Source: Octopus bimaculoides (lineage: Eukaryota). From it: a stretch of 57,601 bases of DNA. Location of the stretch: NCBI RefSeq assembly GCF_001194135.2, contig NC_068982.1, positions 112,151,044 through 112,208,644 of the forward strand, read 5' to 3'. This document shows positions 54,058-57,601 of this stretch, in pieces (position 1 is the stretch's first letter; each line of letters begins with the position of its first letter). A program made the position numbers and the translations under genes. Below the pieces are notes generated by a model. It ran no database searches, was not told the DNA's origin, and worked only from the letters and a program-made list of their open reading frames with translations.

Positions 54058-57000
54058 CTTCTTTAAAGTCTTGATGCTTCCAATTTTTGCTGTTTTGAGG
54101 AATTCACAACAAAAAAGAGTTGACTTACGTCGTTGTAGGCAGAAGTCGTTTACTAACGACTTATCCGAATTATTTGGAGTTGTGCGATAGATATCTTTTA
54201 ATATTCAAGATAATATGACAGGAACAACTAAGTGTCTATCAAATGTCTCTTTTTTTCCCAGTGATAATAGATTTGAAAATATTACTTTCAAAGTATTATT
54301 ATATACTATTTTGAAAGTAATGGAAATTCTTCAAAGGCGGTATCAAGATTTTTTTTTTTATTTAACTTTTGTTTTCCTTTATCAAATTGTGATTGGGAAG
54401 TAAAAACCCAAATATTCTTAATCGATGGAAAAGTTGAATACTCTCAAATAAGTTCGAATTATTTAATTTGAACACATGGTAATTGTAAATGGTAATATAA
54501 TCCAACGCCAAATAAAGTAGATTCCCTGGTATGTACGCTGAGATGGACGGTTACAACAAACGATTACGTTATGGTCGGAATTTAGAATAAACAAACGATA
54601 AATATAGTCAAATTTTAGTCAAAGGAAAGAAGTAAAGTTCTGTAAATAATACTCACATTAAAGAAGAAATTACGTGGTCTTGATAATATTAGTTTGTATT
54701 ACAAATCGACGTATTTGTATAATTGTATAATTTCTTCAGGATAATTTATGTGTATTTGCTGAGTAAAAAATTTCAACTGTGAAATTATTACTTTTTAAAT
54801 GTTAATAGCTACATAAATAAAGCCGGTCTCTTAAACAACTCCAAAATTCAAGTAATTTCAGTAACATCAGTATGATAATATTAGTTTGTCTACGTAAATT
54901 TTCTGTCTCAAAAGTAATCTTCTTGTGAAAAAATAATGGATGCCACTTCCTTTTTATCTTCTGTAAAAGTTTACAAATGATTTCTGCTCTGTTGTGTGTA
55001 CGTCTGCTGCTACTGTCCTGCCCTGTAATTATCAACCATTTAGCTTGAAATTAAATATTAGCAAAGTTATAACCACACAATCCAATGTGGATCACCAATC
55101 AAATAGGACGAAAAAACAGAACACTTTTAAGCAAGGTTGCGTAGTATTTCGGTAAATCTTTTTGAATGTTTTGGACAAAGCATCAATGCGATGTTTAACG
55201 TTTTGTTTACGATTATAAGTGCTTACAACAACGGCGGATTTCTTGCATATACTCGCACATACATAAACATAAACTCTTATATAAGCATGCAGTAAAACGA
55301 ATATTTTTGTTATAGATACATACACATACATACACACACGTATATATCAGCTATTTTTCTGTTATTCTTCCATCTAATTTACCTACTTGGCCTCTAGTTC
55401 AAAATCACTACATATTATATCATATATTGATTCCTGCTTGATGAGAAAGGTTTCTTAATTTCCTATCAATCAGGCCAAAGTTGCGCTCTAAACTATAGAG
55501 AACAGGTAATTTATTATCGTTCTTTTTTTGTGCTAGTTTAATCTTTTCTCTCTAGTTTTTATCTATTTCTTATTCCTCCTCCCACACCAACATATCTTTT
55601 AAACTTGAAGAAAAAAATATTTTTCGGAATCAACAGATGAACTTTATCAACAGCAACGACGACGATAACAACGACGACAACAACAACATCAACAAGAACG
55701 GCAGCGGTTAGCGAGGTAGTATGTAATTTCTCTGCTAGAAAGAGAAGCCGAATGTATCTTAAATTACACTATACCGTACTCAAAAAGAAAGGATACCTTG
55801 AAAAATGCATTCATGGAATGCTTTTTACTCAACATCGGTTTGATCAGTATGAAACTGGGTTAAACGATAATAACAGATGTATCATCTCCCCAGGTCGAAC
55901 TACAGTGTTCAGAGCGAAAATGGCGAAATTGGTACAGTGACTGATTAAATGTTTAAGGGTATTTAGTTATGTCCCTTACATTAAGTCGTTCAAATCTCTC
56001 AGTGGCTGACTTTTCCTAATACATTCGGTGGTTGGTAGTCAATAAATTATATCATAATCAGGTAATTTAATTGCCTGATTATATATCATAATCGAGTAAT
56101 TTAATTGCCTTCGAAAATATGGGCATTTCTATTTGAAATCAGTTTTCAGACAAATGTAAGAGAATTGAGATTTTAGTGTATTCACACTTTCCGAGGCTCA
56201 AGTTTATCGTCAATCCTGCCTTGATATAGTGTAGTAATAACTGAGATAATTTAATCTGGCATACATCTTTCTACATAAAAGATACACTTTCTCTCTGTAC
56301 AAATTAATTGAATATATCGACTCAGATAACTATAATGTATTCCAGATTACTTAAAAGCAGGACTTAGCATTATATGACTATTAAATTGAAGATGATGTGT
56401 TAAAGCATGTTTTAGAATAGCAGGACATTTACTAAACGGGTGGGTCAACACTGAGAGTAGAGAAGAGTTAAATGTATTGTAAAATTCATGTTTAAGTGTA
56501 TTGCCTGCTGAGTTATTCAACCGATCTAGTTACAAACAAAAGCAGTCACACAAAACATAAAGACTTAACTCAACCCGAATTGTACAACATATATAGTAAA
56601 ATAAAAAGGTAAAGCCGTTAGTAGGAGAGATTAGGAAGGTAATAGATGAGGGCGAAATAAATTAAATTAAAATTAAATACAGTAATGTAGAATGAATTAA
56701 TATAGAATAATTAAAAAAAAATAGTACAAGGAGGTATGAAGAAGTTTAATTTTCGTGAAAGATTTAGGGATATATAACTTTTAAAAGTCCATGTAAATAT
56801 CGTTGAGTCGACGGCGGGCGGCGTATTTCACACCGGTTATTTGCTGAGGATGTACTTGGTAATGATATCATAGGACTGGGATCTTCTAGGAAATCGTAGG
56901 CATATAAGCAATTGCGTGATTACGTTATACAATCTACATACTTTCACGTTTATCAACATAGATACATTTTCTAAAGCGTGTATATAAGTGTATAAATAAA

Positions 57001-57109
57001 TGTACGACTGCCTCCGGAACACGCAAGCAACCACACCGGCGAAACGTACGTAGCAACAAATAATCAAAATTTATGTTTACCATAAATTTCTCATATACAC
57101 AACCACACA

Positions 57110-57183
<74 letters not shown>

Positions 57184-57601
57184 CATATCTCTCTATCTCT
57201 CTACCTATCTATATTTATAGTCACTTATATCAGGCAAAATGATGCCGCCAATTGACCTTTTTCAGCTCCTCTAAGACTGATAGGTGTGATAAAAGACGAT
57301 ATCTTTGGATAAGACACCTAGCCCGACAACTTTCGACTAAGTGAATTCATGAAAGGCAACCAAAGGAGTATTAGTGGGATTAATCTATTCTGATTTAGAA
57401 ACCCTTAAGAATCAATTTTCTTATATTTCAGGTGTGGATAAAAAAAGAAGAAAGAAAAAATTTTGAGGTCATTGTTTAATTACTCGCTTTTAAATTCTAA
57501 GTCGTAATTCGACTATACGAACGCTTTATATAAATTTATGGTCTTTTGTCTGCTAGAGATCAAAATATAAGTGAACACACAAACGTACGTATATATATAT
57601 A

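Overview
Eukaryotic, visibly AT-rich draft-assembly DNA, saturated with microsatellites and broken by 14 N-gaps. The repeat content (tRNA-derived SINEs, R4/Dong-type LINE pieces ending in (AAT)n, Penelope-like remnants next to (TA)n) matches what I recall of octopus genomes; that is inference and was not checked. No complete gene is visible, and almost every entry in the ORF track is a microsatellite or gap artefact. The best gene evidence is a 140-nt ATG-bearing exon on the minus strand (54057-53918, MAEINDDYDASDDIDLDPIHMQERLEDEMKRRMEGKKKGGINASKL, GTGAGT donor), which implies much of the window is intron. Several weaker candidate exons lie on both strands. Most notable observations: (1) a near-canonical type I hammerhead ribozyme at 11713-11760; (2) a 135-bp, 133/135-identical inverted repeat (11058-11192 / 13452-13586) enclosing that ribozyme and a stop-free RT fragment; (3) three CRE sites at exact 28-bp spacing; (4) a 20-bp minisatellite built from a SINE Pol III A-box; (5) a 37-bp-stem hairpin; (6) a 60-bp near-identical core inside an otherwise diverged duplication. 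I cannot show a new biological system from sequence alone. The ribozyme/inverted-repeat/RT block is the best lead but may be a chance pile-up of TE debris.
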